Below are positions 14,636 through 28,204 of a stretch of DNA of 63,798 nucleotides, in pieces. Made by a program: the position numbers and the translations under genes. Position 1 is the first letter of the stretch. Each line of letters opens with the position of its first letter. Origin of the DNA: Rhynchobatus australiae (lineage: Eukaryota); contig JAUZTB010000027.1 in NCBI GenBank assembly GCA_034780895.1, forward strand, positions 39,713,432-39,777,229, in the 5' to 3' direction. A model generated the notes under the pieces. The model ran no database searches and was not told where the DNA came from. It was given only the letters and a program-made list of their open reading frames with translations.

Positions 14636-14759
14636 ATGGACAGTGGGACTGAAGATAGCCTCATTAAGAAACGGTTCGTAACTGAGGCTGAATTAGATGA
14701 AAGGCGCAGAGTAAGACAGGAAGAGTGGGAAAAAGTTCGAAAGCCTGATGATCCTGAAG
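14636..14759 (+). CDS. PSME3IP1: PSME3IP1/FAM192A first coding exon (exon starts at 14621 with 15 nt of 5' UTR)
   Basis: Acceptor tgttttgcag ends 14620; ATG at 14636; reads [41 protein letters not shown]+1 nt, matching the FAM192A/NIP30 N-terminus as I recall it; GT donor at 14760. Confidence 0.96.
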
Positions 14760-16659
14760 GTACAGCACTGTTCTGAGTTGTTTTTGTGTATCAGATCTTG
14801 TGGGGGAAAAAAATATGAGGAAGGATATGGACCATCTTAGTGGGAGAGAAACCTTCAGTTCATTTTCCCCTTCAAAATGTAATATTTCGAGAGTTTTCTG
14901 ATTGTTACGTTGAGCTATCATTGCTCAAGATTTTGTTTTACTGTGTATGATATGTTCATCCACTTTGCTTAGTTATTAAGTGCTGCAATTATCAAAAGAA
15001 AATATTTGCTGTGATTACTAATTTGTATCTGAAACCAAGTTCTAAGGTATGAAGTTAAAAGTAACAAATTTGAAAAGAAGAGAAAATGGACTAAATCCTC
15101 TTCACAAACAATAACCATTGCAAAGATTATAATAAACAACATGCATTTCCAGGGACTATTCTTGTTTTATAAAATTGTAAGTGTTGCTCTGAAGGCAACT
15201 ATACTATGCAATGCTTCTGTTATGTGACCTAAGAGGCAAGGAATATAACTTTTTTCTTCCCATTTTTGGAGGGAGGTGCCAACAATGAAGTTAAGAGGCA
15301 GCCACCAGTGACCAGTGTTATTTTCATATACACAGTCCCTCTGCTTTGGTGCACTGAACTTCCATCCAGTTGCATTAAAAGGTTATTTACCTGAAACATA
15401 TAACTGTTTCTCTCTCCACAGATGCTGAATACTTCCAGCAGTTTCTCTCTTCATTTCATTCAACATTTCAGTTTATGACATGATCTGTGTACTATTTACT
15501 CCTTTGACAACCTTCAAACTGAAAGTATAACCTTCAAACAGCAATGCAGTTGCAAATCTTTGTCAACTAGGGATGTTACATTGCTGTAATTAATCTCCTC
15601 TGTTTGAATTGGCTCATTCCAGCACTTGAGAAATCAGATCAAAGTGTGGAGCATTGCTAACGTTGAAAGTTACACTACACAAATGACAAAATTGACAAGA
15701 GGGAACAATCAAGGCAAAAATACTTACTTTCTGATGTGAAACATATTTTAAATTCCATTTCCTATGTTGATTGCAAGAGTAAATTTGGCATAAACTGTTA
15801 CTGTGCCCATTTTTAAAAAAAAGATAAATCAACCCATAGGAGTCTGTTTTATGCTACTGTGGCAGCTGTCCAAAATCATCCTGATGAGATGCTGTTCCTG
15901 ATCCATGTCCAATTGGGCCGCACCTCTCTCTCCTTAAGGAAGGGAGCTCTTATTTTAGTTAATTTAATGAAAAATGTGCTCATGTGATAGTTTGGAAATT
16001 CCTTCCCATAATGCAATCCACTGTTGGACTGAGCAACTGTCTTGTCCTGTGTTTGTTGCCAGCTGGTCAATGAAAGACATTCCAACTCTGAGACTGTTTA
16101 GAGGAGAGACTGATGCCTAGGGGGAGAAAGGATGATGCCAAGAGTAAAAATTGAGGAAACTTGGGCTTTACATCCTTTGGAAGGAAATCGCTGCATTTAA
16201 GAAGTCTTGCACAACCATATTGGGGGAAAGAAAAATATAATTTTGAAGTGAACATACTAGGATTTAATAAAACTGATTTTTGGGCTCTCATTTCATCTGG
16301 AAACCAACCCCTGTAAAACACCTCTCTTGGTATTATGCAGAAGTTCTTCAAATAGTCTGAATTTCTTCGAGTGCTCTTCAATTTAGAAAAGATGGTTGTG
16401 AAACAACTACATTTTGCTGAGAACTAATCTCTTCCCAGAATTTTGGAAGTGCATTATTATAGATAAGAAACTCAAATTCATTTCAATTTAGTTGCTTTGA
16501 TTTTTGTGTCTTGAGTCTATAAATGGCTTCTCATATGGTGGTTGGCCTCTGTCATCAATGCTATTGCGTCCAATTGAAAGAACAGACCACTGTCCACAGC
16601 TTTAATCTGTTGCTGTCCTAACAATGGAGGAAATCCACTGCGGGCTCAAAGCAGTTCAA

Positions 16660-17810
16660 AGTGAAGAAGTGAGTGTTACAGTGACACTATTACCAGACAG
16701 GTACCTCTTTTCACCCACTTTCTTTCCTCCCCGCCCCCCCCCCCCCTTCATCCAATCTGGGGTATTGCATTCAGTGCTTAGACAATATGATATAAAACCA
16801 TACTCCCAAGAATTGCAATGTGGTCTCCTTTACTATGGGGAAACCAAAGGCAGATTGGACGATAGCTTTTTGGAACACCTTTGTTCAGTCCAAAGGAGTG
16901 ACCTTCCATTTGGCGGTTAGTTTAATTGTCCACTCCACTCTCACTCTGACCTATTTATCTCTTCCCTTCTGTGCTGTTCCAATGATGGCCAATCAAAGCT
17001 TTAAGAACAGCACCCCCTCTCCCATCTGGGCAATTAGTATTTTATTGGTAATGGTTTATTATTGTCAGTTGTACCGAGGTACAGTGAAAAGCTTGTCTTA
17101 CAAACGGATCGTACAGGTTAATTCATTACACAATGCAGTTACATTGAGTCAGCACAGAGTGCATTGATGTAGTACAGGTAAAAATAATAGTACAGAGTAA
17201 AGTGTCACAGCTACAGAGAAAGTGCAGTGCAATAAGGTGCAAGGTCATTATTCAATAGTCTTATCACAGTGGGGTAGAAACTGTCCCTAAGTCTGGTGGT
17301 ATGTGCCTTCAGGCTCTTGTATCTTCTACCCGATGGAAGAAGAGAGAATATCCCAGGTGGGTACGGTCTTTGATTATGTTGGCTGCTTTACCAAGACAGC
17401 GAGAGGTAAAGATAGAGTCCAAGGAGGGGAGGCTGGTGTCCATAATGTGCTGGGCTGTGTCCACAACTCTCTGCAGTTTCTTGCGATTCTGGGCAGAAGA
17501 GTTGCTGTACCAAGCAGACCTGGCATTTATTCTCTTTTTTTTCTCGTTTGTTTTCAATCATCTCCTTCTAATTATATCTCCCCAGGACAGATCAGCTGCA
17601 ACTAGTTACTGGTTATGTTATGCATTCTCTCCTGGTCTCCATTCTTTCACAGATATTCCCTTTGTTCTTTCCACCCTCTCTTCCCTGGAACTTAAGACAT
17701 GTTTGATTTCTAACTTTTCCCAATCCTGATGAAACAGCAAACTGAAATATTAACTCCTTAGATGCTGCCTGATCTACTGAGCATTTCTAGCATTTTCTGC
17801 TTTTGATTAT
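16660..17810 (+). mobile_element. Penelope-like element 3' remnant: GIY-YIG endonuclease plus terminal repeat, interrupted by a LINE
   Basis: SSNLGYCIQC (about 16748) and CGLLYYGETKGRLDDSFLEHLCSV; downstream CTGATGA(17726)...GAAA then agatgctgcctgatctactgagcatttctagca. Confidence 0.8.
17040..17517 (-). mobile_element. Rex1/Babar-like LINE 3' end nested in the Penelope remnant
   Basis: SAWYSNSSAQNRKKLQRVVDTAQHI...KAANIIKDRTHLG; aataaaccattacc tail on minus. Confidence 0.85.
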
Positions 17811-20800
17811 TCAAGAGGTGACAAATTACACTTTGGTTGCCTAAATCTGAAAACTAAGGTCTGGTTTGAAATATTTCTTTGAAGATTGGAAGAAACTTTA
17901 TCACTTGATTTTCACCACACCTTCTGGCTCTTTACCAATAAAGGGATATCAAGGCCAATTATGCTATCTGACCAGGTGCAGTGACTGTAACCTTGCCTCT
18001 GACTTCACCACACTCCCCAGCTGCTGCTAGTTGTTGAACTAGAGTATTTGTAATCTTTGTATTATGCTTGATTTGAAGTTGAACTTCTGATCCCAAGACC
18101 TGCCAATTATTGTGCCTGCTTATTAAATCCATATAAGATCCAGCTCAATGGACTGTTTTTGTAGATTGTTGATAAAATAAATTGGCAAAGGCATCCTTGA
18201 TAATCACCTAAGAAAATAAATTCCAAATTCACTGGTCTGATCTTGCATGGTATTCCAGGATCCGAGAGTGATTTCACAAAACCTTGTGTTCAGTGTACAT
18301 CTTCCAAAAAATCCACTATATGGGATTGATTTTTGTTTAAAATTAAAATAGATAATCAGCATTTTAAAAAAAATGTTGGTACTGTTATGCTTCTTGGCTT
18401 TAGTAAAAGTAAAAGGCATGTCCATCACATTTGATCTACTGACCAAATGCAGTACTTGCTAAGTTTTATGCAGTCAGTGTCCCATCTTATGATTTTAAAT
18501 TTGAGTCTTATATTTTTATTAATGGTGCAAATGACTGTCAATCCCCAAATTTTACCCATTATCTATTTCGCACCTTTAATGTAACTTCTCAAAAACAATG
18601 AGAAGTCCAAGCAAACTTTTAATTAACAAGAGGAAGAAAGTGCATCTAAAGATTAACACTACTGGAGAAAGAAACTGGTTTAGATAAAAATAACATGAGC
18701 TAAAAATAATGCCAAAATCTGTGTGGAAAAAAATTAGGCTTTCATTTTGGGTTTCTTCATCAGGGCCCTTTTTATTTCAGATGCATGTTGTACTGCTATG
18801 TGTTTCTAATAATTTACACTGTAATTTTAGATTTCCAATTATTTTCAGCTGAAATTCACCAGATGCACTCCATAGACTTGCATGTTTTGGTTAATGCAAA
18901 ATTCCCATGAGATTTGTGGGACAGTATGGCCCAGGATGTGTGGAATGGTACATGGACATTATTGCAACTTTAAGGGGTAGTTGAGACAGAGACTGGGGTG
19001 GAGGGGCAGAGCAGGGGAGAGGATAGTAATTAGGGAATGATAATGTCAGTTGGCCAGATAAACGACAATATAGCCATAGATTATGTGGAGTATTATGTGA
19101 AGTATTGGGCTGATGAGGAACACTAAGGAGCAGTTAACCCAGGCCAGATCAATCCAGTCTCCCTTAAAAAGCCAAAGGAANNNNNNNNNNNNNNNNNNNN
19201 NNNNNNNNNNNNNNNNNNNNNNNNNNNNNNNNNNNNNNNNNNNNNNNNNNNNNNNNNNNNNNNNNNNNNNNNNNNNNNNNGTGCAGGATAGTAACTGGAC
19301 AACTAGTGGGATCGAAGCAGCTATGGTGTTAATGCTCTGACCAAGGTTTGAAAATATTGCAGATTAGTAAGCTTGCTGTTTGGATACTTTACTGTAAAAA
19401 CCAAAGGATGGTATGATCTAGGGTTAATGTTGCCTTGAATTCTGACGAGGCTGAGAATGCTTTGGTGAAGATCCCTTCAATAATTAGAGGTAAAGCAAGT
19501 GCTGATGAAGCAAACCTTTACCTGCCCCAGAACTACCTGCGAACATGTGATGCCATCGTGGTCAGCAATGGGATTACTTGTATTTTTTCTGTATGATAAT
19601 TCTAAACCCCAAATATAATTTCAGTGCTTTGGTTTATAATTTTAAAAATATCTCAGGTTGTCCCTTGGCCTCCGGCATTCCAGAGAAAACAACACAAGTT
19701 TGTCCAATCTCTTCTTATAGCTCATACACTCCAANNNNNNNNNNAACATTGGCACAATACATGCTAAGCAACACAAAAATCAGACTGCTTCTTCTCAGTG
19801 AAGGTTGTATCTTAAGTTTAAGCTCTTGGGCTGGCTAACTCTGCTCCTAGCTGTGCTATGTAAATCTTTATTATTTAAAAGGAAACCATTTCAATCAACC
19901 TTACATAGAAGTGCATAAACAACTAGTGTTGGATTGGATTTTGCATTAGAAATAATAATGAATTAAAAATCCTGCCTCCTTTCTAGATCATGCACATGCA
20001 CTGTTCAGCATGAAAATCAAGCAGATTCTATCAGAGGTACCCCACACCACTAGAAAGGGTGCTTTACCATTCCTCACTAGTTGACGTGGCACTGAAATCT
20101 CAGCAATCACTTAATTACCCTGTCTTTCACCAGAGAAAGTTGTTGCTGGAACATTTTGATGTAAATTGCAATCTATGGTGTCAAATGCAGTAAATGACAT
20201 TATTTATAGGTGATAATTGTAGGTAGTTATTTTGGCTCTGAAAATTTCACTTTACAAGCCTGGAGTCTATTGCCATAGAACTTAATGTTGGAGATTTATT
20301 TATACTTGATACAGCAATTTTAAACCCAATTTCTTAGTTGATCGTGCCATTCTTGGTTCAGACTCTGCAGGTCTGTTCTTTTATATTAAATGGCCTTGCT
20401 GTTTCTTCTGCTGCTCATAGACCCTAGCGCTATTATGAGGGCACGATGCTGGATCAGAATCCAGATTAATGCCAGTCTCTCTGATGATCCGCGAAATGTT
20501 GTAGTTGGTGAGGTGAACAGGAAATATCCTCGGCAAAATCCAGACCAATCCCCAATGTGTTTGCAGTAGACATTACACTGAACCAGCTTATCAGTCGGTA
20601 GATAATGTTTGCAATATCTATTCCAAACTAATTATTTTATAATTAGCTTTAATGTACAGAGTTATCCTTGTAATCTTATCAGCCTTGGTAATTAGCCTGA
20701 TCTTTCTGAAAGAAAGCAAATTGATATTTTTAATATTCTGTTCCATGGAGTTGAGTTGTAGTTATGGATGTATATAATTGCTAGTTAAATTGAAAGAAGC

Positions 20801-22930
20801 TCAGTCATTAGCATGACAAAATGAATTACATTGCAGTAACTTTAAATTGTGTATCCAACCTCCTTCCTGCTTGCCAGCAGAAAATCATTTCATAAATTAA
20901 AAAAAATTAATTTGGTTTAATTTAAGTGATCCAAATACTAGTCTTAACACGAATAGAATTTTAATGGATGTGCCAGGTATTTATTCAATTACATCTATGT
21001 TTTTATTCATGAAGTTAACATACAACATTTGAGACAGCAAATTTTAAAATTAGCTATTTGACACTGGAGATCTGGGTTAGCTTGGCTGAGTGGTTGGAAT
21101 GCCATTCAAAGCTCGTCTGTATCTGATTGCTTAGTGAAGCTTTTCAAAGAATGGACTGAATTGAATTGACTTGGAGAATGCAGGCCACAATGTTGCTACA
21201 GGATTTACTGCATTTTATTTTTTTTGGTATACATCCATACAAGGTTTCAATTAGTACTTTGTATGGAACTTTTTTTTTTATTGATGTCAGATCAAGGATT
21301 GTGATTGTGGTGTCAAATGCAGTGAGAGCCACTTAATGTTGANNNNNNNNNNNNNNNNNNNNNNNNNNNNNNNNNNNNNNNNNNNNNNNNNNNNNNNNNN
21401 NNNNNNNNNNNNNNNNNNNNNNNNNNNNNNNNNNNNNNNNNNNNNNNNNNNNNNNNNNNNNNNNNNNNNNNNNNNNNNNNNNNNNNNNNNNNNNNNNNNN
21501 NNNNNNNNNNNNNNNNNNNNNNNNNNNNNNNNNNNNNNNNNNNNNNNNNNNNNNNNNNNNNNNNNNAAACTAAGTTATTGATGTGAACAGCTTAAATCAA
21601 AAGCTAAAATTGGGTCCGATTAATATGCCACCTTAATGGAATAATTCAGTTAACTAACATCAAATGAATGACAATGTTATAATATTTTTTTACTTGTATT
21701 AGTAGTTCAAATGGTATGTAAAACTGATCTCTGGTTTTGATTTAAAGCAACAAGTCTTTTTAAGAACCTTTTAACTTGTAAGCTACTTGCTTCCTGAACT
21801 TTGCTCTATTTTGATTGTAGTTTTTGACCCCTCAGATACTTTGTATATAAGCAATATTTTAATTGACCACGTGATTCCTAAATGGCTATTTTAATCTTTA
21901 ACAAGCCAAATGTAAGTGTTTCCGAGCAATCCTTAATCACCATATAAATTGTATATTTAACCTGATTTTTGTATTCAATGTGGCAGGCTATTGCTTTGAT
22001 TAGGAAATTGGACACTGGCAATACCGCCTGAATTGATTCACTTTTGTTTTTGTGCTTGTTCCACTTTGCATTGTGATCTTTTTGCAGGTTGGCTATCTAA
22101 TTTGCTGTGGAACATTTGATCTTCTTTAATTTGCAGTCAAACAAGTGGGTCAGACCAGTGGGCTGCATTTCANNNNNNNNNNNNNNNNNNNNNNNNNNNN
22201 NNNNNNNNNNNNNNNNNNNNNNNNNNNNNNNNNNNNNNNNNNNNNNNNNNNNNNNNNNNNNNNNNNNNNNNNNNNNNNNNNNNNNNNNNNNNNNNNNNNN
22301 NNNNNNNNNNNNNNNNNNNNNNNNNNNNNNNNNNNNNNNNNNNNNNNNNNNNNNNNNNNNNNNNNNNNNNNNNNNNNNNNNNNNNNNNNNNNNNNNNNNN
22401 NNNNNNNNNNNNNNNNNNNNNNNNNNNNNNNNNNNNNNNNNNNNNNNNNNNNNNNNNNNNNNNNNNNNNNNNNNNNNNNNNNNNNNNNNNNNNNNNNNNN
22501 NNNNNNNNNNNNNNNNNNNNNNNNNNNNNNNNNNNNNNNNNNNNNNNNNNNNNNNNNNNNNNNNNNNNNTCCCAAAAACTGGGAGTTATCGAACTGCAGC
22601 TGAAACTGAATGTCCTTTCCAATAATCTTGCGAAGGACAGCATGTAGATAAGAGGTAAAGGGCGGGGGGGCATATTTAGATCCTTGGGAGATCCCAGAGT
22701 TTGTGATGTGGGAGTGAGAAGAAAAGCCATTGCTGAGTTACTGGCTCCAAATGGATAGATAGTAAAGGAATTATGTGCATGTGATCCCATTCGGTTGGAA
22801 AGAAATGGAGAGAATTTGGAGGAGGGTGGCATGGTTCATTGTCTTGAAAGCTTTAGACAGGTGGAGAAAGATAAACTAAGGATCCTGGTCCTAAGAATGC
22901 CTGAATATCTTTCAAAATATTTACTCCCTC

Positions 22931-22999
22931 CTTCCTCTTCTGAAGACACAGAAGGCCTCCAGACCTGTTGGAGGCCTTCTGTATCTTCAGGAGAGGAAG
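22931..22999. repeat. Near-perfect 69-nt inverted repeat (hairpin)
   Basis: 31-bp arms at 22931-22961 and 22969-22999, 2 differences, 7-nt loop gacctgt. Confidence 0.9.
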
Positions 23000-23134
23000 T
23001 TTGTGTTGTCTCAACTTGGCAGGCTATTTTGCTGTGGAGTACATCTTAGTTGGTTACCTTTCCGTGAGCAACAACAAACATGCACTTCTTGGCTATCAAA
23101 GGATAGAAAGTAGGATTAGAAAGCCCTTTTGAGA

Positions 23135-23215
23135 CGCTGCCCCCAGAATATTGTACGCAAAAGATGTACTTCACTGTGTTTCGATGTACATGTAACTAAT
23201 AAAGATATGTTTAAA
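23135..23215 (+). mobile_element. 3' stub of the V-SINE family
   Basis: gctgcccccagaa...tacgcaaaagatg...actaataaagatat matches the tail of 30116-30412. Confidence 0.8.
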
Positions 23216-24119
23216 AAAAGTCTTATCTTTTGCCTCCTTAAGGTGAGTGTATATAATGTATTTCTTCAAATTTGTTTGACGACTGGCAGTAACTTTACCG
23301 AACGTGTCCCATAGTGGGCAACATCCAGAATTAATGATTGCAAAACACTAGTTTGGGATTAATTCCCGTGCCACATGCAGCAGCACTTTCACTCAGTCAT
23401 GTTTGAAGACAAAAGTCTTCCAGGTAAGTTATTGGTGTCATTATTTGGGCTCTGCATGCCATCACTTCCCTGACATGTGGCTGGCATTTGAAATATGTAG
23501 TTTATGGGTGAGAAAATGTGGTTGAATTTCCTTGCCTTTTCTCTAAGGAACAGCTAGCATTTTAAGAAAAACTGTCTCAGAGATTATTCATTTATTCATT
23601 CCCAGCATCATTTGTTACATTAGTGGACCTGTAATCAGGAATTTCTTCTAAGACTTATCTTCTCATCTAGTTTCTCTAGTGTTACTTCATACACTTTCAT
23701 ACATTTGAGTATTCTTTTAAGAACCTTAGTTATCTCAGTTCTTGATCAAAATAACATTACAGTCATTATATTCAATTTATGCAACGGCCACTCTGTATAA
23801 TATACTACTTTTGCATGGCCTAACCTATCAGGAGTCCTAAAAATATGGTAGTTGATCCAGATAGCATATATGACCATTGAAGTAGAGATTTGAAGGAGTG
23901 AACAAAGTAGATTTGGGTAGATTTCATCCAAAGGGCAGAGGAAAGCTGAAAGTAGGCAGTGTTTCAAAGGTGAAAATAAATAATCTTGTTGAGAAATATG
24001 AAGCTTAATTCTGATTATGTGAACAATCAACAAGAGGAATTTAGTCCTGTTTATTATTTAGTTGGAAGGATAAATGATATTAAGTAAGTATTATTCTGTA
24101 TTATAATGGCTGTGGAGAT

Positions 24120-24345
24120 TCTGGTTATGTAAGCTGTAGTGGTTACCTGATATCCTAGGTCTGGATATAAGAGTTTAAATCCATCACAGCAACTGGGGAA
24201 TTTAATTCCAAAAAATAAATAAACCTGAAATAAAAAGCTAATGTCTGCAATAGTAACCTTGAAACTATTGGATTATTGTGAAAAGTCAACTAATTCACTA
24301 ATATTCTTCGGGGAAGGAAAGCTGCTGTCCTTACCCAATCTGTCA
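24120..24345 (+). mobile_element. Old tRNA-type SINE remnant
   Basis: gagtttaaatccatcacagcaactggggaattt...ttcactaatattcttcggggaaggaaagctgctgtccttacc. Confidence 0.5.
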
Positions 24346-24347
24346 CA

Positions 24348-24845
24348 TGGAGACACAAGAGTCTGCACATCTGGAGCAAAAAACAACCTGTTGGAGGACC
24401 TCGGTCAGTTGAGCAGGATCTGTGAAGTAGAAAGGAATTGTTGACATTTTGGGTCAAGACCCTGCATCAGGACTGAGAGTGGAGAGGGAAGATAGCCGGT
24501 ATAATGAGGAGAGGGGGAAGGGTGAGACAGGGCAAATAGGTGCTAGGTGGACCAAGGAGGGTGAAGGATGATAGGGAGAAGGAGCCGGGAGGGGGAGGGA
24601 TGGCATTGGGAGATAGGGGCAGGTGGTTGATAGGGGGAAGCAGACAAGGGGGGATAAAGGCAGATGGAACCAGGTGGGTGTAGGGGAATGTGAAGATGGA
24701 CACAGAGGGTGATAAGCAGGGACATAAGGGCTATAATCTAGAATCTGATAAGTAAGAAAGGTGATAATGGGAACCATTAAGGGAGAGGTGAAAGGCAGAT
24801 GGAACCAGCTGTGGGAGAGGATACGGTGGGTGACGTGTGTGGGCA
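24348..24845 (-). mobile_element. Penelope-like terminal repeat with purine-rich tract and decayed hammerhead motif
   Basis: Minus strand 24474-24440 reads AGTC-CTGATGC-AGGGTCTTGACCC-AAAATGTC-AAC. Confidence 0.7.
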
Positions 24846-24945
24846 NNNNNNNNNNNNNNNNNNNNNNNNNNNNNNNNNNNNNNNNNNNNNNNNNNNNNNN
24901 NNNNNNNNNNNNNNNNNNNNNNNNNNNNNNNNNNNNNNNNNNNNN

Positions 24946-26670
24946 TGGAATGTCACTACCCACACCGACAGCCTCCAATGCACCTGAACCCACAGTCACC
25001 GTTGCAGATGTAAGTTCAGTCTTCCGGAGAGTGAAAGCACCTGGCCCAGATGGTGTCCCTGGCCATGTCCTTAGATCCTGTGCAGATCAACTGGCAGGTG
25101 TATTTGCAGACATTTTTAACCTCTCCCTGCTTCAATCTGAGATTCTCACCTGCTTTAAGAAGACCACTATCAAGCCAGTACCTAAGAAAGACAAGATAAA
25201 TGCCTTAATGACTACTGCCCAGTGGCTCTGACATCCACCATCATTGAAGTGCTTTGAGAGGGGTCATGGCACGCATTAACTCCAGCCTCCCAGACAACCT
25301 CCATCCACTGCAATTCACATAGCATCCACCTTAGAACCGTTTTGGCTGTATCTCCCTGGCCCTACACTCATCTATGGAGCATCTGGACAGTAAAGACTCT
25401 TGTTTATTAACTACAGCTCCATCTTCAGTACTATAATTCCAAGCAAACTCATCACCAAACTCTGAGACCTAGGACTCAACTTTGCAACTGGATCCTTGAC
25501 TTCCTGACCAACAGACTGCAATCAGTGAGGATAGGCAGCAACACCTCTGTCATGATTATTCTCAACACTGGTGCCTACAAGGCTGCGTCATCGGCTCCCT
25601 ACTCTACTCCCTATACACTCAGGACTGCGTGGCCAGATTTGGGCTCTAACTCCATCTATAAATTTGCAGATGATACCACTATAGTAGGCTGTAATTCCAA
25701 TAACAATGAATCGGAGTACAGGAAGAGGATAGAAAGCTTAGTGACATGGTGTCATGATAACAACCTTTCCCTCAATGTCAGCAAAACAAAAGAGCTTGTC
25801 ATTGACTTCAGGAAAGGGGGCAGTGTACATGCACCTGTTTATATCAATGGTGCTGAGGTCAAGAGGGTTGAGAGCTTCAAGTTCCTCAGCGGACACCATC
25901 AGTAGCCTATCCTGGTCCAACCATGTAGACACCACAGTGAAGAAAGCTGACCAGCACCTCTACTTCCTCAGGAGGCTAAAGAAATTTGGCACGTCTCTTT
26001 TGACACTCACCAACTTTTAATCGATGCACCACAGAAAGCATNNNNNNNNNNNNNNNNNNNNNNNNNNNNNNNNNNNNNNNNNNNNNNNNNNNNNNNNNNN
26101 NNNNNNNNNNNNNNNNNNNNNNNNNNNNNNNNNNNNNNNNNCAGAAAGCATGCTATCTGGATGCATCACGGCTTGGTATGGCAACTGCTCTGCCTGTGAC
26201 TACAAGAAACTGCAGAGAGTTGTGGACACCGTCCAACACATCGCAGAAACCAGCCTCCCTTCCGTGGACTCTCTATACTTCTTGCTGCCTCAGTAATGCA
26301 GCCAGCATAATCAAAGACCCCACCCATCCCAGACATTCTGTCTTCTTCCATTGGGCAGAAGATACAAAAGCCTGAAAACACATCATCAGGCTCAAGGACA
26401 GCTTCTTTCATGCTGTTATGAGAATATTGAATGGTTCTCTAGTACAATAAGATGAATTCTTGACCTCACAATCTACCTCTTTATGACCTTTCTCCTTATT
26501 GTCTACCTGCAATGCGCTTTCTCTGCAGGTGTTGCGCTTTATTCTGCATTCTGTTATTGTTTCACCCAGTACTTAATGCACTGTGTAATGAATTGATCTG
26601 TATGAATGGTACGCAGACATTTTCTGCTGTACCTTGGTACATGTGACGACAATAAACCAATTCCAATTTA
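24946..26670 (+). mobile_element. Rex1/Babar-like LINE, RT plus 3' UTR, frameshifted
   Basis: KAPGPDGVPG..LRSCADQLAGVFADIFNLSL, IYKFADDTTIVG, LSLNVSKTKELVIDFRK, KKLQRVV; tail aataaaccaattccaatt. Confidence 0.92.
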
Positions 26671-28204
26671 ATATCTAATGTTATTAATATCCAAGTTAGC
26701 TGACTGATACCATCACAAAAGTTATGATTAGTGTCATGTGTGAGTAAATGAGGAATGGTAACATTGAAAATATACATTTTTATCCAACTTTACACCCCAT
26801 CTATTCCATTTATGCTACTGACATTTTTAAAGACACTTAATAGACTGAGTCTCCTCGGTGTAGGTAGTGCAGCATGGTCACTAACCAATCCTGACAGAGT
26901 TCTGAACCTTTCGTCATGGACTTGAATCAAGATAACTGCACAGTCCAACAATAATTCAGATAATCAAACCCTGTGATTTTTTTTCTCAAAAATACAAATT
27001 GCCAGTAGTAAAGTTTTTGACAACTTAACAAGGTATTTAAACTTAGGCTTCTCATACCATTGTAATCACTGTGTGAACTAGGCTTTCAAGTTAACCAATG
27101 ATCTGTCTTTCAGCAGTGTGCTTGCAATTTGCAATCCTATATGCAAAACAACCATGCTCCGTACTGCAAAAAAAACTGGTCCCCTTTCCTCCTCCAAATA
27201 CACCTTCTAAACCTGTGTATAGCAATACAAATTCTGCTTCATTTTGATATGTTCATATATAGCTATGGGATGTATTACATTTTTGGGACAATCTATTAAT
27301 CGTGTGATCCTGTTCATAACTGTGTAACTACCAAATGGTCCTTTTGACCCATTAATCATAGGTTTATTACTCCTTTTTATGCTTAAAATGGGACTAACTT
27401 TCATGTCCTTGTGTATGTACTCTTTACAGTTGAATAAATTTCTTTTGTTTGTTCCTGTGAGAATTTCCCAAAATCAGCCAGATGTGTCTCCCTCATTTCT
27501 AGAAGAAAAAACAGTTTTGGCCAAAATGGTGACAGCTTCAGCAATTCTTTAGTTCAGTTTAAAATCTTGTTGGTTTCACAGAGTTATCTGGAAATTTGAT
27601 CAGTTTGTGGAAAACCAGTTTTTAGGTGCATCTTGCATTCCAGCAGTCTGGGGATCTTGGGCTCACAACTCATTACAGTATGTGTTGAGTGAAGGTGTTT
27701 ATGGTTATAGTGGTATTATATCAAATTGTAATGGTTTTTTTTGCTGTAAGACCTTCTTGCTACATCTGTGAATCTACTGCATATGATGCACCAAGCATTG
27801 AATTAACACCTATTTGCAGATTGGTTAATCAGTTTGCCACAGTTCGGATAAGTTATCACTGCTTTCTCCCGAGAAAGAAAATACCATGCCAGGAGACAAA
27901 TGCATGTCATCCAAGTTCCTACATGGGATGATCAATTAAATGACATTACAATTTACCAATATGTAACTGAAGTTAAATATTAAGGAACTACAGTCACAGT
28001 ATACAATCACTACAGCATAGCTACTGAGTAACACTACACTGGTAGTGTAACTGAGGAATTGATTGAGCATCAGCACATATTTGAAGTAAGAAAAGCAGAA
28101 TTAGTATGTAATTGAAATATCCTTTTGAGAGCTCAGTTCTCAGATGTACTGATATGTACAAAAGGCTTTATCTTGACACAACTTTCAGATATAACATTTC
28201 AAAT

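Noticed and set aside
20460-20505. CTGATGA-TCCGC-GAAA hammerhead-like string
   Set aside because: No stem II or stem I pairing and no Penelope context.
26900-28000. Possible ancient DNA-transposon coding debris (also about 61800-63300)
   Set aside because: Too degenerate to support by eye; needs an HMM search.
28117-28125. ATATCCTTT in the long U2 intron
   Set aside because: No exon or U12 acceptor context; shows the motif can arise by chance.
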